The notes under the pieces are model-generated. The model worked only from the letters and a program-made list of their open reading frames with translations. It had not been told where the DNA came from and made no database searches. A stretch of DNA of 64,000 nt, from NCBI GenBank assembly GCA_964016885.1, contig OZ024749.1, positions 45,198,001-45,262,000 of the forward strand, written 5' to 3'. The translations under genes and the position numbers were made by a program. The DNA is from Eledone cirrhosa (taxonomy: Eukaryota). Positions 59,401 to 64,000 of this stretch are shown one piece after another (position 1 is the stretch's first letter; each line of letters begins with the position of its first letter).

Positions 59401-60711
59401 ATAAACATCTGTTTCTCTACTTGTTCAATTGCATTGCTTGGCTTATTGAGCAATACCTTCATCTTAGCCAATCGTACAAATTAAAATTTTAACAGGATTC
59501 AGGTACAAGATATATGTGAGAAAAATCTGTGTATATATGTTCATGTATTTATTTATATTCTGTAATATGTGCTTCTCGTAAATTTACTGTTTAACAAATA
59601 CAAATTGATAATAGAAATACCACATCGATATAAACATGGGGTCGATATATATTACCACAAAAGAATCATGTGTGCTCCAGCTTGGGCGTACTCAATTAAA
59701 TGAAACAAACCACCATTATAGTAAACTAGCAGAAAAACCACACTCGGGTGGTTTTCTGCTAGCTTGTGTAGTGTGTATATTGATATTATACGCAGGTATA
59801 TATACATGTAGATATGATACATCAAATAAAATCGTAATTGACAATATATAATACTACATAGAAATTGAACGATGATTTATGTAATCAGTAACGTAACCCA
59901 TGATACATTAAAATAGATGATATTAGATATAAACTGCATTAGGAGAACATTAGTGACGGAGAATTAGTATGTTTATTCAAGCGATCGCCACCGGAAGTGT
60001 TGACATTTCAGAAATTTTAAAGAAGTGAATCTTTAAATAATAAAATATATTTAATGAACAGCCACGAAATTTAGTAGATAAATTATGTAATATTCATTCA
60101 TTATTTATTCAAAGCACCAGTAATACACTGGGTATTTGCTGACCTTGTGCCAAAAGTAGAAACAATTATTTATTCAAAGTAATCCAACTTATTTTACAAA
60201 CGTAATAAAAAAAATAAACCTTACGCAGTCCCGCAGACCTTCATTTATTATAGTTTAGATGTTGATTTAAAAAATGTTAAACGTATTATACATAAATTTC
60301 AAATATATATATATATATATACACACAAATATTCTAATTTATATATATATATATATATATGGGTGTGTGTATGTGTGTATATATATGTGTGTGTGTGTGT
60401 GTGGGTGGGTGTGTGTGTGTGTGTGTCTGTGTGTGGGTGTGTGAAAAGATTCATATGCATGTGTGTGTATATATATATATATATGTAAATTTGTATGTCA
60501 AAATAAATAAGCAATTTTATGTTTGTAACTGTGATAGCCAAAGAGATTGAGTTGGACAGCAGACAGTCAGCGAGGAAAGATGGGTAGTGATACCCAGAGA
60601 GACAGGCAATATAATGTAAACAAATAGAATTACAGAGAGTAGTATAGGAGTTAGGGAAATGGTTTAATATGATTGCATGCCCACTGGCGCTCAGCAGTGT
60701 TTATGTGGACG

Positions 60712-60742
<31 letters not shown>

Positions 60743-60783
60743 GTACAAACATATAGAAGGAAACACAACATATATGTATATAT

Positions 60784-60881
<98 letters not shown>

Positions 60882-61011
60882 GTATATATCTGAATATATA
60901 TATATGTATTTATGTATTCATATATATATATGAATGCATGTATGCTTGTATGTATGCATTTATATATATATATATTATATTATATTATAATTTAATGTAT
61001 ATTTACATATT

Positions 61012-61072
<61 letters not shown>

Positions 61073-61156
61073 TTTGTGTATATACATATATTTAGATTTA
61101 TATATATTTATATACATACATATATATATGCACACACACACACACATATATATACG

Positions 61157-61189
<33 letters not shown>

Positions 61190-61330
61190 CTATTTATGTA
61201 AATATATATAAATCTAAATATATCTATATACACAAATATATGTATATATATATATAGAGATAATATATATATATATACAGAATTAGCCGAGCTAATTGGC
61301 TTGAGCTCTGCGGTCGGAGTCATAATTGTT

Positions 61331-61380
<50 letters not shown>

Positions 61381-61423
61381 CGCCGAAATGCGATTCTCGC
61401 TAAATTTATATTGTATGTATATA

Positions 61424-61455
<32 letters not shown>

Positions 61456-61939
61456 AAAACGCATACAAGCATACATACATACAACCATACAGAGAGAGTG
61501 TAAAAGTGAGGGAAAACAAGTGAGATAGCGTTAGTAGATAGTAATAACTAATTAAAGCAAATACTAGCCTGATTCTTATACATGACTGTAAAATGTGACC
61601 GAGTCTTCATTCAATTTGTTTGAGAAGTACACTAGCGGCTAATGAAATATAACGAAATACTTTGAAACCAAGCGACGGATAAAACAGTAGTGTTAGCGTG
61701 CGTGTGTGTAAGCAAGCATGAGTCGACGAATACGAGCTATCTAGACAATGCATAATATGCACGCGAATTGAAAAAAAATCAGGCAAATATTAATACAAAA
61801 ATTATATATATATATATATATTATGTATAATTTTCTATTTTAGTATTTTTGTAATACATTGTATTCATAAAGCATATCTCTGATATAAATATAAGCAGAA
61901 AATTATATATTTCTATACATTATATATATATATATATAT

Positions 61940-62166
61940 AGTTTTATTATAGATGAGATTCTACAGGAATAGAACTGTTTCATTCATTAGAAATCATCAG
62001 GAAGTTTCCTGATGATTTCATTAGAAATCATCAGGAGTTTCCTGATGATTTCTAATGAATGAAACAGTTCTAGTCCTGTAGAATCTCATCTATATTAAAA
62101 CTGTTATACTCTGCTATGTATTGAGTACCTTACTTACTGTGGTTACCTCCGATTCAACCCGGAATA
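61940..62166. mobile_element. Family G fold-back with two hammerheads (61955-62003 minus, 62035-62087 plus)
   Basis: GAGUUUC CUGAUGA U-UUC-UAAU-GAA-U GAA ACAG-UUCUAGUC-CUGU A GAAUCUC; four CTGATGA copies around the apex. Confidence 0.87.
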
Positions 62167-62168
62167 AC

Positions 62169-62257
<89 letters not shown>

Positions 62258-62303
62258 TATATGGATTGGATGCATATATCTATATACTTACATATATACA
62301 TAC

Positions 62304-62366
<63 letters not shown>

Positions 62367-62524
62367 ATGTATGTATGTATATATATATTTATATTTGCCT
62401 GCATAAGTTTGAGGTTTTGAATTTCCCTTCAGAATGACATGTTTCCGTATGTCCCACATTAGTAGTTTGGATAAGTCCCTTTCATCGTATCCTCGGTTTC
62501 ACCAATAAACTTTGAATTGACGGA

Positions 62525-62594
<70 letters not shown>

Positions 62595-62799
62595 TTGCTT
62601 GGCGTGTCATAATTATCTGTGTTTGTTTACCTGTATTAAACCGGTATCGTGTTAAAAACTATCACCTAGCTATTTGATATATATAGACGGATAAAATAAA
62701 CCAGTGGTGTAGATTCGTTCGGTGGAAATAGTTTTATGCGGTGCCACAGCATGGCCGCAGGTCAAATATTTAAACCAGCAACGTAAGGTAATATAGCTA

Positions 62800-63226
62800 G
62801 ATGGATAAATACATGCTTTACAGATAGATACTACGTAGAGTTAGTCGGGAAAGTGAGAGAGATGGGTAGAGAAACGGTCACTTTGAAGGTAAAATGTTGA
62901 TGGATAAATGTGAATGTGGTAGAGATACTTTTATAGTGATATATAGAAAATAGAAAAATTAAACAATCTACGTTGAGCATTATGTAAAGTGTGAAATATA
63001 GGGAAAGAATAACAAACAGAGGGAGAGAGAGAGAGTGAAAGAATTAGGAAGAGAAAGAGAGGGAAGCATAGATGAAGTAGAAAGTGTATTATATACATAT
63101 GTAGAAAGACAGATATTTATATATGATTATTGTAACTGAGAGAAATAGAGATAGGCTAATATATTGATAGAGAGAAGGAGATATGAATAGATAGATAGAG
63201 AGACACATAGGTAGAGAGATACGTAA

Positions 63227-63283
<57 letters not shown>

Positions 63284-64000
63284 GAAAGGGATAGAGAGAT
63301 AGTGAGATATCTAGAGAGATAAACGAATAGAGGGAACGAGAGATAGAGATTTGTATTTGGAATCACCAAAATAAAGATGGAAATTAATAAGAAAGAAACG
63401 TAAAGAGAGAGTGTTATACAGAAAATGGGAGATGTAAACATGTTAGCTTATGTGAGAAGATCAGAGAGCTGAACTTGATAGAAGAGAACGAAAGAGGGAG
63501 CTATATATAGATAGATACATAGATCGAGAGAGGGAGAAAGAGACAGTATGAGAAAGCCCGCGCTACAAAATATATATATTGGAAGAGAGAGATTGAGACA
63601 GTAACAAAGATAGATGGGGAGACAGCGATAGTTATATATACATGAAGAGAGAGATTGAGAGATATAAGGAGAGAGAGAGATAGAGAGAGAGAGTGAGAGA
63701 AAGAAAGAGAGAGTGAGAGAGAGAGAGCGAAAGAGAGAGATGGGTTATAGAAAGATATAACTTTACACCACAAATGTGGCTATAGTTTATAGGAGAGGCG
63801 AATCTGATGGAAAGGCAGATAGTAATTAATGAGGGAGAAAACGAGAAAGCGAGTAAGATAGAGAGTGCTTTCGTGTATATATATGGAGGGAAAATATTTA
63901 AAAAAGAGACAGAGACATAGGAATAGAGAGAAAGATAGATCTAGATGTAAATTTAAAGTGTAAGTACTGGGAGCAATATTAAAGATATGAAAGAGAGCAG
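62800..64000. repeat. Degenerate purine-rich (GA)n/(GATA)n tract
   Basis: Strong A/G strand bias with a GATA run at 63227-63282. Confidence 0.85.

Overview
Gene-poor, very AT-rich eukaryotic DNA dominated by (TA)n/(CA)n/(GA)n microsatellites; the SINEs and repeat landscape suggest an octopus-like cephalopod (inference). No host gene is supportable and almost all listed ORFs are microsatellite artefacts. Ordinary repeats: ~18 copies of a tRNA-derived SINE, a second SINE family, a 5'-truncated CR1-group LINE with an open RT frame, RTE-type fragments and a 41-bp minisatellite. Main signal: many short non-coding islands between (TA)n tracts carry type I hammerhead ribozyme (HHR) folds, roughly 25 motifs from about a dozen sequence families (my labels A-L), all folded by eye. 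Many are head-to-head fold-backs that break at the ribozyme, and three show terminal redundancy or circular permutation (monomers ~305, 554, 614 nt). One multicopy family keeps a non-canonical CAGAAGA core. This resembles a diverse population of non-autonomous, TA-associated Penelope-type/retrozyme-like elements. Activity, circularity and novelty are untested.
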